Of a DNA stretch of 64,000 nucleotides, positions 1-9,581 are shown in pieces. The stretch spans positions 2,912,001 to 2,976,000 of the forward strand of contig OZ251997.1 in the NCBI GenBank assembly GCA_965247095.1, read 5' to 3'. Under the pieces are notes generated by a model that saw only the letters and a program-made list of their open reading frames with translations, searched no databases and had not been told where the DNA came from. A program made the translations under genes and the position numbers. Within the stretch, counting starts at the first letter, position 1, and every line of letters begins with the position of its first letter. Origin of the DNA: Candidatus Multivorans sp. Its GTDB lineage: Bacteria; Acidobacteriota; Thermoanaerobaculia; Multivoradales; Multivoraceae.

Positions 1-2
1 GC

Positions 3-545
3 GCCGTAGCGCCCCTTGCGTGCCCTGATCCGCTCGCTCCAGAGCAGACGCTCGCCGTCGAAGGAGAAGTGCGGATCGAGCACCGCCTTGCCGTTGTCGC
101 CGAACCGGGTCAGCAGCGTGAAGTGTTTGCCCTTGCGGTCGATGTCGTAGAGCTCGCTGTGCAGCGCCCGGTCGGGGGTCAGAAGCTGCAGCGGATCGGC
201 GACGAACTTGAGCCGCTTGGGGTGGCTCTGGACCTGAACGATCAGCCGCTCGCCCGAGGGGTGCCACACGGGGTTGACCACGTTGTCCTTGCGGAACTCG
301 TACATCTCGCAGGTCAGGCAGCGCTCCGCGAGCCGGTCGGTGGAGGTCACGTAGACGTCGTATCGGCCGTCGGTTCCGGCCTTGTCGTAGGCCAGCCACT
401 CACCCTGGCGGGACCAGTCGACGCGGGCGCCGCCTTCGATCCAGCGCTCGATGCGGACCACTTCCAGGGCTTCAGGATCGGCGCCGGCCGCGGATGCGGC
501 GGTGATGGCGAGAGCAGCCGTCAGGCATGGAATCAGTGCCAGCAT
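3..545 (-). CDS. TolB/PD40-like beta-propeller secreted protein, partial (runs off window start)
   Basis: Not in the ORF track. Manual translation MLALIPCLTAALAITAASAAGA (signal peptide) ... VDWSRQGEWLAY ... NPVWHPSGERL ... DPHFSFDGERLLW shows PD40-like repeats. Alternative ATG at 575. Confidence 0.7.
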   Translation of the reverse strand, partial: MLALIPCLTAALAITAASAAGADPEALEVVRIERWIEGGARVDWSRQGEWLAYDKAGTDGRYDVYVTSTDRLAERCLTCEMYEFRKDNVVNPVWHPSGERLIVQVQSHPKRLKFVADPLQLLTPDRALHSELYDIDRKGKHFTLLTRFGDNGKAVLDPHFSFDGERLLWSERIRARKGRYG

Positions 546-627
546 GGAGTGCCTGCGCGCGAACGCTCCGACCATCGGATGCAGACTACCAGCGCTGCGG
601 TCGCGGGCTGCTAGCGTCCTCTTCCTG

Positions 628-1770
628 ATGCGCCGGTTCGCGGCACCTGCCCTCATCGCTCTTTGGATCGTCGGCTCGGCGCCTTTCCTGGGTCGGCTCA
701 CCCAGTGGGTTCGAGAGGAGCTCGACCGATCCCTCCTCGTCATCGTGCCGACGATCCTGTTCTGGATCGCGGCGGCTGCGTTCGTGGTCTGGGTTGTCCG
801 TTCCGCCCGCCAACTGCGCTGGTCCAACTACGCCGCCCTCGCCGTGGGGGCGCTCTGGGCCGTGGCCCAGGCGACCGCCCTCGCCCGCGGCCGCCCCGAA
901 GAGTCCGCGCTCGAGCGGATGCACCTGGTGCTCTACGGGTTGGTGGCGTTGCTGCTCTACCGCGCCCTGCTGCGCGCCGGCCGGGCGGCACTCGCCGCCG
1001 CGGTCGTCGCCGCGGTCGTGACCGCACTGGTGGGCGTCGCGGACGAATTCGTACAGTGGCTGGTCTGGCTCCGTGTCGGCGACGTGTACGACGTCCTGCT
1101 CAACGCTTCCGCCGCCGGCTGCGGCGTCGTGTTCGGCGTGGGGTTGTTCGGGTTCGACGATGCGGCGCCCAGCCGCGCCGAGCTACGGGGTGTCGGTGTG
1201 TTGTGGTCCTTCCTCGTCCTGGCGTCGGCCGGCTTGCTGGAACTGACCAACCTCGGCCACGTGATCGAAGATCCCGAACTCGGCCGGTTCCGCAGCCACT
1301 ACAGCGCCGAGCGCCTGGAGCGTCTGAACGAGAACCGCCGTGCGCGCTGGGCAACCAGCCTGCCGCCGATGCGGTCGGCTTTTCAGCCCTGGCACATTGA
1401 GGACCACTTCCTCTCCGAGGCCGCCTGGCACGTTCAGATTCGCGAGGAGGCGTACCGGGCTGAGGATTTGCCGACGGCGGCTGCCGAGCAGGCGATCCTG
1501 AGCCGCTACTACCCGGCCGTACTGGAACTGGTGACGCCCGACGGCACTCTCCGCTACCCCTTTCAACCGGAGAAGGTCCTGCGCTTGGAGGAAGAGGGAG
1601 CGGTCCCGGTACCGACCTACGAAAGCCCCGCCGGCGGCAGCAGGATCTGGATCTGGCCCAGACGCTACACATGGTTGGCGTGTGCTGGCTTGCTTCTCCC
1701 CTTGAGCCTGATCTTGTACTTCGATCCGAAGACTCGGGAGGCGCGTCGAGAAGAACGGGGCCGCCGCTAG
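628..1770 (+). CDS. VanZ-like domain membrane protein
   Basis: Multiple TM segments; ERMHLVLYG and GVADEFVQ...RVGDVYDVLLN resemble VanZ motifs. Start moved to ATG 628. Confidence 0.65.
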   Translation: MRRFAAPALIALWIVGSAPFLGRLTQWVREELDRSLLVIVPTILFWIAAAAFVVWVVRSARQLRWSNYAALAVGALWAVAQATALARGRPEESALERMHLVLYGLVALLLYRALLRAGRAALAAAVVAAVVTALVGVADEFVQWLVWLRVGDVYDVLLNASAAGCGVVFGVGLFGFDDAAPSRAELRGVGVLWSFLVLASAGLLELTNLGHVIEDPELGRFRSHYSAERLERLNENRRARWATSLPPMRSAFQPWHIEDHFLSEAAWHVQIREEAYRAEDLPTAAAEQAILSRYYPAVLELVTPDGTLRYPFQPEKVLRLEEEGAVPVPTYESPAGGSRIWIWPRRYTWLACAGLLLPLSLILYFDPKTREARREERGRR

Positions 1771-1777
1771 CGCCGCC

Positions 1778-2887
1778 TCAGTCGCAGCCCTCGCGGGTCT
1801 CCTCGATCAGGCCGTCGACGACGGCGTTCAGGTCGCCCTCTTCGGCGCGGCGCAACTGGCGGTCGGCGCTGGTGCCCTCGGCGAGGATCGTGTGGACGTA
1901 CTCGGCTTCCTTGCGGATGCCGAGTTCGTCCAGCACGTCGTCGACGAACTCGAGCAACTCCAGGGTCAGGAAGCGCAGCGGGACCTCCTCGGCCTTGCCG
2001 AAGTCGATCATCTTGCCGTCGATGCCGTAGCGCATGGCCCGCCACTTGTTCTCGTAGAGCAGGTGCCGGGGGTACCGGCGCCAGGCCTGGTTGTCGCGGC
2101 GCAGGCGGATCAGCTTGCCGACGATCGCCATGAACAACGCGGTCAGGCAGAGCGCCTCCTCGATCTTCGTGCAGACGTCGCAGACCCGGAACTCGATGGT
2201 CGGGAACTTGGGGTGCGGCCGGACGTCCCACCAGATCTGGGTCGGCTCCTCGATGCACTTCGTCTTCACGAGGACATTCACGAGGCGCTCGTACTCGGCG
2301 TAGGAACGGAACGAGGGCGGCAGGCCGGAGCGGGGCAGGCTTTCGAAGACCACCGAGCGATAAGACTTGAGCCCCGTCTTCCGCCCCTGCCAGAACGGTG
2401 AGCTAGTCGACAGGGCGAGCAGGTGGGGCAGGAAGTAGAGGGACTGGTCCATCACGTCGATCCGCAGATCCCGTTCCGGCACGCCGACGTGGACGTGCAT
2501 GCCGAAGATCAGCATGCGCCGCGCGACATCGCCGAAGCTCTCCTGCATCTTGATGTAGCGCTGGGCCTCGGTGACGTCCTGCTCCTGCCATGCGGAGAAC
2601 GGATGGCTGCTGGCGGCGGCGATGCACAGGCCGTTGTTGGCCGCCAGCTCGGCGACCCTTCGCCGCAGCCGGATCAGTTCCTGTCGCGCTTCGCCGATCG
2701 TCCTGCAGACCTCGCTGCCGACCTCGACCTGGCACTGGAGCTGCTCGGCCTTGATCTGCTCCTGGAGCACGATTTGACCCTGTTCCAGGAACTTCTGGAT
2801 GAAGGGCTTCAGTTCGCGGCTCTCCGGGTCGATGATCTGGTACTCCTCTTCGATGCCGATCGTGAGCTCGGGGAGCTTCGTCTTCAT
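1778..2887 (-). CDS. ybdK: Carboxylate-amine ligase (glutamate--cysteine ligase 2, YbdK family)
   Basis: TIGIEEEYQIID, GMHVHVG, WWDVRPHP, IEFRVCD and ENKWRAMRYG motifs. Confidence 0.9.
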   Translation of the reverse strand: MKTKLPELTIGIEEEYQIIDPESRELKPFIQKFLEQGQIVLQEQIKAEQLQCQVEVGSEVCRTIGEARQELIRLRRRVAELAANNGLCIAAASSHPFSAWQEQDVTEAQRYIKMQESFGDVARRMLIFGMHVHVGVPERDLRIDVMDQSLYFLPHLLALSTSSPFWQGRKTGLKSYRSVVFESLPRSGLPPSFRSYAEYERLVNVLVKTKCIEEPTQIWWDVRPHPKFPTIEFRVCDVCTKIEEALCLTALFMAIVGKLIRLRRDNQAWRRYPRHLLYENKWRAMRYGIDGKMIDFGKAEEVPLRFLTLELLEFVDDVLDELGIRKEAEYVHTILAEGTSADRQLRRAEEGDLNAVVDGLIEETREGCD

Positions 2888-2970
2888 GCGTCTTCTCCGG
2901 GAAAGGGGAAGCAGTTTCGTTGCGGGACCAATCAATCGTATCCGGCTGCTCTGATACCCTGCGCGCTGCC

Positions 2971-4758
2971 ATGAGCCGGCTCGCGACCACTGCCTCGCGT
3001 GCGCTCGCTCGCGGCCTGATTGCCGTTCTCGTTGCTGCCGCGGTCCTGCTTGGACCCGCCTGCGGAGGGACTGGGGGGGCGCCTTCAGACGACGCTTCCT
3101 CCTCGTCCTGGGACTTCTACGGTCGGGCAAAGGCAGCGGAGGGGCAGGACGGCATGGTCTCGAGCGGCCACGGTCTGGCGTCCGACACCGGCGCCCGTGT
3201 CCTGGAACGGGGCGGCAACGCGGTCGACGCCGCGGTCGCGGTGGGCTTTGCCCTGGCGGCGGCGCTGCCGGCGGCGGGGAACATCGGCGGCGGCGGCTTC
3301 CTGGTCTATCGGTCGAACGAGGGCGAGGTCCGGGCGCTCGACTACCGCGAGAAAGCGCCGGGGGCGGCGACCCGCGACATGTTCCTCGACGACGGCGGCC
3401 AGGTCGCGGAGAGCGCGGTGATCGGCCATCTTGCGGCCGGCGTGCCCGGATCCGTGGCCGGGTTGTGGGAGATGCACCAGCAGTACGGCTCCATGCCCTG
3501 GGCCGACCTGGTCGCGCCGGCGATCGAGTTGGCGCGCGGCCACGAGGTCGACGAGGTCCGGTCGCGGAGCCTGGCGTCGGCGGCCGAACGGCTCAACCGG
3601 TTCCCGGCCAGCGCCGAACAGTTCCTCCAGGGTGGCGAGGCGCCGGCGCCGGGGACGCTCCTGGAGCAGCCCGACCTGGCGGCGACCCTGACGGCGATCG
3701 CCGAGCAGGGACCGGACGGTTTCTACCGGGGCCCGGTCGCCGACCTGATCGTGGCCGAGATGGAGAAGGGCGGAGGCCTCATCTCGCATCAGGATCTCGC
3801 CGACTACGCGCCGGCCTGGCGGGCGCCGGTCGAGGTCGAGTACCGCGGCCACACGATCTACTCGATGCCGCCGGTCTCGTCCGGCGGTCTGACCCTGGGC
3901 CTGATCCTGAACGTGCTGGAAGGCTGGGATTCCCTGCCTCCGTTCGGCAGCGCCGAACTGATCCACCTGGAGGCCGAGACGATGCGACTCGCGTTCCGTG
4001 ACCGCAACACGTTGCTCGGCGACCCGGACTTCGTCGACGTGCCGCGGGCGCAGTTCGAGTCCCAGGACTACGCCGACGGGCTGCGGGTGGAGATCGATCC
4101 CGAGCAGGCAACGCCCCTGCCGCCCCTTGAGATCGCGCCGCCGGCTGAGAGCACCGAAACGACCCACTACTCCGTGGTCGATCGCTGGGGCAATGCGGCC
4201 TCGATCACCACGACGATCAACAGCGGCTACGGCAACGCGGTCGTCGTCACCGGCGCCGGGTTCCTGCTCAACAACGAGATGGACGACTTCGCCGCCTCGC
4301 CGGGCCAGCCGAACCAGTTCGGGCTGGTCGAGGGCGAGAACAACGCGATCGTCCCCGGCAAGCGAATGCTGTCGTCGATGACCCCGAGCATCGTCCTCGA
4401 CCCGGATGGCGATCTGATGATGGTCGTCGGCACGCCCGGTGGTCCGACGATCATCACCACCGTCTACCATGTGATCTCGAACGTGATCGACCACCGCATG
4501 ACCCTGCAGCAGGCGGTCGAGAGCCCGCGGGTGCATCATCAGGCGTGGCCCGACAAGATCTTCTACGAGCAGGGCGGCCTTTCCGCCGCGACACTCGAGG
4601 GTCTGGCCGCGCGCGGCCACGAACCGTTCGAACGCGGCTTGAGCGGCGACGTGTCGGCGATCCGCGTCAGGGAAGAGGCGCTCGTCGGTGTCGCCGATCC
4701 GCGGCGGGGAGGCGGCGTCAGCGCGCCGCGGGGAGACGCGCCCGCGGGAGTCGAGTGA
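2971..4758 (+). CDS. ggt: Gamma-glutamyltransferase
   Basis: GGNAVDAAVA, LDYREKAP, catalytic ETTHYSVVD, LNNEMDDF, PGKRMLSSMTP and GTPGG; N-terminal export signal. Confidence 0.95.
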   Translation: MSRLATTASRALARGLIAVLVAAAVLLGPACGGTGGAPSDDASSSSWDFYGRAKAAEGQDGMVSSGHGLASDTGARVLERGGNAVDAAVAVGFALAAALPAAGNIGGGGFLVYRSNEGEVRALDYREKAPGAATRDMFLDDGGQVAESAVIGHLAAGVPGSVAGLWEMHQQYGSMPWADLVAPAIELARGHEVDEVRSRSLASAAERLNRFPASAEQFLQGGEAPAPGTLLEQPDLAATLTAIAEQGPDGFYRGPVADLIVAEMEKGGGLISHQDLADYAPAWRAPVEVEYRGHTIYSMPPVSSGGLTLGLILNVLEGWDSLPPFGSAELIHLEAETMRLAFRDRNTLLGDPDFVDVPRAQFESQDYADGLRVEIDPEQATPLPPLEIAPPAESTETTHYSVVDRWGNAASITTTINSGYGNAVVVTGAGFLLNNEMDDFAASPGQPNQFGLVEGENNAIVPGKRMLSSMTPSIVLDPDGDLMMVVGTPGGPTIITTVYHVISNVIDHRMTLQQAVESPRVHHQAWPDKIFYEQGGLSAATLEGLAARGHEPFERGLSGDVSAIRVREEALVGVADPRRGGGVSAPRGDAPAGVE

Positions 4759-4768
4759 CGGGCCGCAC

Positions 4769-4831
4769 ATGAACGGCCGGCGCATCTTCGCCGCGGTGAC
4801 GTCACGTCGCGTCGGCATCGACATCTCATGA
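4769..4831 (+). repeat. Diverged tandem copy of the 5' end of the next gene, forming a 20-aa ORF
   Basis: 4769-4827 matches 4828-4886 at 48/59 nt. Encodes MNGRRIFAAVTSRRVGIDIS*; its TGA overlaps ATG 4828. Confidence 0.9.
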
Positions 4832-7800
4832 ACGGTCGGCGGATCTTCGCTGCGGTCACCGTAGGTCACCTCGGCATCGACATCTTCAACAGCATGGGGC
4901 CGGTGCTGCTGGCCTTCCTGAAGGCGCCGCTCGGCCTCAGCGTCACCCAGGTCGGCTTCGCTCTCGGTCTCTACCAGTTCCTGGCCGGCGCGACCCAGCC
5001 GGGGTTCGGCTGGGTAGTGGACCGCTTGGGCACCCGGTTCCTGGGGCCGGCAAGCGTGGCCGTCAACCTGGCCTGCATCGGCCTGGCGGTCGCCGCCGCC
5101 GACGCCTTTGGCAGCTACGCCCTGTTCCTGATTCCCTTCGCCATAGCGGCGGTGGCTTCCGGCGCGTTTCATCCGCTCGGCGTACTGCACGCCAGCACCG
5201 CGGATCTCTCGCGCTCATCTTTCTTCACGGCCGTGTTCTTTTTCTTCGGCCAGGTCGGGCTCGCCTGCGGACCGATGCTGGTCGGCTACGCGCTCGACCG
5301 CTCCGGTCTGACGGGCGTCTACTGGCTGTTGCTGGTGGTGGCGCCGGTTCCGCTCTTCATGGCCTTCGCGATGGGACCGCGGCGGCTCCACGAGCGGCGT
5401 TCGGAGTTGCTGCTCGAGGAAGAGGCGACGGCGGGAAACACGGGGCCGAGCGAACCCGCCCAGCCGGGTGTCATCGCGCTCCTGGCGCTGATCTTCGCGG
5501 GCCGCGCCTGGGTCTTCATCGGCACCCTCGTGTTCCTGCCGCTGCTGTTCAGACAGCAGGGTTGGAGCGGTCTCGAGCAGGGCGCGGTCGGCGGCCTGTT
5601 CACGCTCGGCGGCGCCATCTCAGCCATCGCTGCCGGCGCGCTCGTTGATCGTTGGGGCCGGCGCCTTGTGGTGTTCGTGCCCACCCTGCTCGGCGCCTTG
5701 CTGCTGGCGGTGCTGCCGGGGTCGGGAACCTGGGCGTTTGCGGTCGCCCTGGTGTGCGGCGCCCTGCTCGGGGCGCCCCACTCGGTCCTGATGGTCATGG
5801 CGCAGTCGCTCCTGCCCTGGCGGCGGGGCCTCGCTTCCGGCAGCGCACTCGGTTTCCTGTTCGCCATGGGCGCGGTGTCCAGTTCGGCCATCGGGTTTCT
5901 TGCCGAGCGCTTTGGGCTGGCTGAGGTGCTGCAGGTGGGTTCCGTGATCGGCGTGGCCGTGGCCTTTGCCTCCTTGCTGTTGCCCAGGGAGCGTCCGTCG
6001 CGTTTCGCCGCGGCGCCGGCGGTGTCGGCGGTTCTCGTCGTTGCGACCCTGGGCCTGACCTTGTTTGGGGCGCGCCCGGCCGCGGCGAGCCTGAATGGCG
6101 AGATCAACGGGCAGGTGCGTGACGTCGCGACGGACCTTCCGCTGGCCGGGGCCGAGATCAGGATCACCGGCGACCAGTTGTACAGCCCCCGGATCGTTCA
6201 CGCCGGGGACGGCGGCAGCTACCGTGCGCCCGGCCTGCCGCCGGGCGTCTACCACGTGGAGGCGACGGTGGACGGCTACGTCACCACCGTGGTGGAAAAC
6301 CTGGTTCTGGTCGTAGGCGGCGTTCTGCGGGTCGATTTCCAGATGCGGAGCGGCAGCGCCTCGATGCTCGAACTCGTCTCCTCGCCCCTGCTCGATGTGG
6401 TGACCGGCAGTGACGGGAATGTGCTCGCGGGCGACGATCTGCGGGAACTGCCGGGCAGTACCGCCGCCGTCAATCTCGATCTTGCCGCGGGTCTGGACCC
6501 GGCGGGCGGCGATCTCTCCGTCAACGGTTGGTCGCCGGGCTTCGCCACCTACCGGGTAGACGGCCAGGATCGCGTACTGCCGGGCCTTTCGGCGGCCGCC
6601 GTCGATCCGCGCTGGGTGGATCAGGTGCGGGTGCGTTCGATGGACTTCGCGGCGGCGATGGCCGGGCCGCACGTCGACGTGATCACGCGCTCGGGAGGGA
6701 CCGAGTGGAGTGTCAATGGCGGCTGGTCGGTGGTCGAACCGTTCGACACCGGGGAGCGGCCCGCGCTGCGTCTGCTGGGCGTGGAGCGGTTGCCCGCGGG
6801 TGGCGTCGATCGGAGGAGCGTGGATGGCGAGGAGGCGACCGTGTTCCTCGGCGGGCCACTGCGGGACAAGCGCGCCCGGGCCTTCGGCGGCTACTCGACG
6901 AGTCGCACGAGTGGGGAGGTGGAGCTCTTCGGCGCCGGTGCGCCGGTGACCTGGAAGGAGACGATCGAGCAGTCGGTGGGCAAGTTCGACTGGTGGGCCG
7001 GATCGGCCAGCAACCTGACTCTGAAGCACCATTCGGGATCGAGTGAGCTGGACGGCCGGAGGCCGGCGCTCCTGGTGCTTCCTTCGGCCGACGGGCGGGA
7101 GAACCGCCGGTCCACCGAGGAGACGACGAGCCTCAACGTCGAATGGGGAATCACGGACCGACTCTGGCTGCGAGTATTCGCGGGACGCTCGGACCAGCGG
7201 GGCCGCGAGGAGCCGTGGCAGGACGCCGGCGTCTACTTTGCGGCGCCTGCCGGAGGCCGCGCCGCGGGGTGGTACGAAGCTCGTCCCGCCGGCCTTGTCC
7301 GCCGAGCGGCGGAGCGCCGGAACTGGGCGGTCGAGCCGTCCTTCTTCCTGTTCGACCACACCCTGGAAGTGGGCGTGCAGAACTCCCGGGGAGACCTGGA
7401 GTTGGTCCGGTCCGACCATCCCGGAAGGCTGCTGGCGTTGCCCGGCGGGGCGCTACCGGAGTGGAGCGGCCGGCCCCTCGCGGCCACCGGTCTGCGGCAG
7501 GAGAAGCGTGCCCTCTACGTCCAGGACGCCTGGCGTCTGGCGGGTCCGTTCGACCGCCGCGTCACCCTCCACCTGGGTCTGCGTGCGGAGGAGGAGAGGA
7601 CCGGCCCGCTTGAGTTGGCTTTCGACGACCGCACGGAGCCGCGGCTCGGCTTTGTCTGGGATGTCGGCGGCCGCGGCAAGTGGAAGGTTTACGGCGGTGG
7701 GGCCTGGTCGCATGTCGACGCGTTCCGGTCGTTTGGCGGTCTGGCGGGGATCGACGCCGCGGGCGGTCTTGAGGCGGGCGATTTCTTCGGTTCCGGCCTC

Positions 7801-8766
7801 GACTTCGGCCGCGCTGCGGTGGATCCCGATCTGCGTCCAGGCCTCGTGCGGGAGGTGCAATTCGGTACCCGCTACCAGTTCCTGCCTGACGTGGTCATCT
7901 CGGCGCGCCTCGCCCGGCGCCGCCTTCGCGACGGCATTCGCCTGGTGCCCACCCTCGTTGACGGAGAGGTCGTGTCGACCCTGCTGACCCCCGGCCGCGG
8001 CGCCGGCCGCGCACCCTGGGGCGAGACCGGCGCCGACCTGCCGCGACTCGAGCAGGAGTGGTGGGGCGCCGAACTGAACGCGAACGTCGGTCTCAGCCCG
8101 GCCTGGCGCGTTCATCTCACCTACCTTTGGAGCCGGCTGACCGGCAACCACGAGGCCGGCGGCCTCGGGCTTCAGGCCCTCAGTGGGATGGACGTTCATC
8201 CGGGAGTGGCCGCGCTCGACCTCTGCTCGTCGCCGGTGCCCTGCGACGTCTTCGATGTGACCGATGAGAGCCGGCGTCTCGACGCCGACCGCGAGCACCA
8301 GCTCTCCGGCTGGCTCGTGCTGTCTCCCGGCGACCGGTTGTTGATGGCCCTCGTTTACCGCTTCCGCACCGGCGGGGCTTACGTGCCGCGGACCATGGCG
8401 GTACGCCTCGACGAGGCGAACCGCATCCTCAGCACCGGCCTCGCGCCGTTGCCTCGGAGTCCGGACACGCCGATCAAGAGCTCCGACCTCAAGCGCGCGG
8501 ACCTCTCCCTGACCTACCGCGTGCCGCTGCGCTCCAACGACCGGCGCCTGTCCCTGTTCGCCGAAGCCCTGAACGTCTTCGACCAGGACGCGGCGTCGGT
8601 GCTGTGGCCGCTCGCCTACCTCGATCCGGTACTGATCGGCTTTGGTCAGAGCGACCTGCTTGCCGCGGCGGCCGCGCAACAGGCGAGACCGGACCTCCGT
8701 GAGTCCCGGCCGGCTGCGTTCCCGGACAGCCGGCGGGTGCGTGCCGGGTTGCGGTTGCAGTTCTGA
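4828..8766 (+). CDS. Fusion of an MFS transporter (Fsr-like, aa 1-~388), an internal signal peptide (aa ~389-420) and an Oar-like TonB-dependent receptor
   Basis: MFS motif A in both halves (GWVVDRLGTR, GALVDRWGRR); then GEINGQVRD...LPLAGAEI...GLPPGVYHVEATVDGY (carboxypeptidase-regulatory-like domain), VDVITRSGG, ALYVQDAWRL...VTLHLGLR, EPRLGFVWD and the C-terminal RVRAGLRLQF barrel signature. No in-frame stop. Confidence 0.85.
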   Translation: MNGRRIFAAVTVGHLGIDIFNSMGPVLLAFLKAPLGLSVTQVGFALGLYQFLAGATQPGFGWVVDRLGTRFLGPASVAVNLACIGLAVAAADAFGSYALFLIPFAIAAVASGAFHPLGVLHASTADLSRSSFFTAVFFFFGQVGLACGPMLVGYALDRSGLTGVYWLLLVVAPVPLFMAFAMGPRRLHERRSELLLEEEATAGNTGPSEPAQPGVIALLALIFAGRAWVFIGTLVFLPLLFRQQGWSGLEQGAVGGLFTLGGAISAIAAGALVDRWGRRLVVFVPTLLGALLLAVLPGSGTWAFAVALVCGALLGAPHSVLMVMAQSLLPWRRGLASGSALGFLFAMGAVSSSAIGFLAERFGLAEVLQVGSVIGVAVAFASLLLPRERPSRFAAAPAVSAVLVVATLGLTLFGARPAAASLNGEINGQVRDVATDLPLAGAEIRITGDQLYSPRIVHAGDGGSYRAPGLPPGVYHVEATVDGYVTTVVENLVLVVGGVLRVDFQMRSGSASMLELVSSPLLDVVTGSDGNVLAGDDLRELPGSTAAVNLDLAAGLDPAGGDLSVNGWSPGFATYRVDGQDRVLPGLSAAAVDPRWVDQVRVRSMDFAAAMAGPHVDVITRSGGTEWSVNGGWSVVEPFDTGERPALRLLGVERLPAGGVDRRSVDGEEATVFLGGPLRDKRARAFGGYSTSRTSGEVELFGAGAPVTWKETIEQSVGKFDWWAGSASNLTLKHHSGSSELDGRRPALLVLPSADGRENRRSTEETTSLNVEWGITDRLWLRVFAGRSDQRGREEPWQDAGVYFAAPAGGRAAGWYEARPAGLVRRAAERRNWAVEPSFFLFDHTLEVGVQNSRGDLELVRSDHPGRLLALPGGALPEWSGRPLAATGLRQEKRALYVQDAWRLAGPFDRRVTLHLGLRAEEERTGPLELAFDDRTEPRLGFVWDVGGRGKWKVYGGGAWSHVDAFRSFGGLAGIDAAGGLEAGDFFGSGLDFGRAAVDPDLRPGLVREVQFGTRYQFLPDVVISARLARRRLRDGIRLVPTLVDGEVVSTLLTPGRGAGRAPWGETGADLPRLEQEWWGAELNANVGLSPAWRVHLTYLWSRLTGNHEAGGLGLQALSGMDVHPGVAALDLCSSPVPCDVFDVTDESRRLDADREHQLSGWLVLSPGDRLLMALVYRFRTGGAYVPRTMAVRLDEANRILSTGLAPLPRSPDTPIKSSDLKRADLSLTYRVPLRSNDRRLSLFAEALNVFDQDAASVLWPLAYLDPVLIGFGQSDLLAAAAAQQARPDLRESRPAAFPDSRRVRAGLRLQF

Positions 8767-9302
8767 TGTCGGCTCAGGCGCAGGGAGACCGCAAGGTCAT
8801 CATCATCGCCGGGCCCAACGGGGCCGGGAAGACCACGTTCGCCTTGGAGTACCTGCCGTATGAGCCGGCCTGTCCGATCTTCGTCAACGCCGACCTCATT
8901 GCGGCGGGCCTGTCGCCGCTCCAGCCGGCAGCGGCGCTGTTTCGAGCCGGCCGTCTGATGCTGCAGGAGATTGACGATCACGCGAACCACGGCCGGAGCT
9001 TCGCCTTCGAGACGACGCTCGCTGGTCTAGGCTATGTACGGAGGATTCGCCGGTGGCAGGGCATGGGCTACGTGGTCAAGTTGATCTACCTGCCGCTCGC
9101 GACTCCCGAGGAGGCGATCAAGCGTGTGGAGCAGCGGGTGAAGCAAGGCGGCCACGGCATTCCTGAAGACATCATCCGGCGGCGCTTCGACCGGAGTTTG
9201 AAGAACTTCCGAACCGTGTATTGCGACATCGTTGACATCTGGCAGGTCCTCAACCGACGTGGTTACGATCTCGTCGTTGTGGAGGAGGGGGACAACCGAT
9301 GA
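8766..9302 (+). CDS. Zeta-toxin-like P-loop ATPase/kinase (COG4185-like)
   Basis: IIAGPNGAGKTT Walker A, FVNADLIA, SFAFETTL and RVKQGGHGIPE. Confidence 0.85.
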   Translation: MSAQAQGDRKVIIIAGPNGAGKTTFALEYLPYEPACPIFVNADLIAAGLSPLQPAAALFRAGRLMLQEIDDHANHGRSFAFETTLAGLGYVRRIRRWQGMGYVVKLIYLPLATPEEAIKRVEQRVKQGGHGIPEDIIRRRFDRSLKNFRTVYCDIVDIWQVLNRRGYDLVVVEEGDNR

Positions 9303-9508
9303 GAGCGCAGAAGCGGCAGCTTCCTGTCTCACGACTTGACGATCCTGACATGCAGGCTGCACCCGCCGCTATGGAGCGCGCCCTGAGGCGTGCCCACAAG
9401 GTCGCGCACCAACACGGCACCACCGTTCTCGTGGTGGAGAGCGGCAAGCTGGTCGAAATCGAACCGGATCCGGCGATGTACGAAGACAAGTCGGGGCTCA
9501 GACCATGA
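9299..9508 (+). CDS. Small partner protein of the zeta-like ATPase (putative antitoxin)
   Basis: 69 aa, ATGA overlap with the upstream gene; ALRRAHKVAHQHGTTVLVVESGKLVEI. Confidence 0.6.
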   Translation: MRAQKRQLPVSRLDDPDMQAAPAAMERALRRAHKVAHQHGTTVLVVESGKLVEIEPDPAMYEDKSGLRP

Positions 9509-9512
9509 ATGA

Positions 9513-9550
9513 CCGGCGCGAAGCGCCGGCCTCCGGAAGTTCTGCCGCGC
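9513..9550. repeat. Palindromic dispersed repeat shared with the element at 43324-43414
   Basis: ccggcgcgaagcgccggcctccggaagttctgccgcgc is a near reverse-complement copy of about 43327-43364. Confidence 0.7.
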
Positions 9551-9581
9551 CAGGCCACGTGCGAAGGATCCAGCCGAGGGA

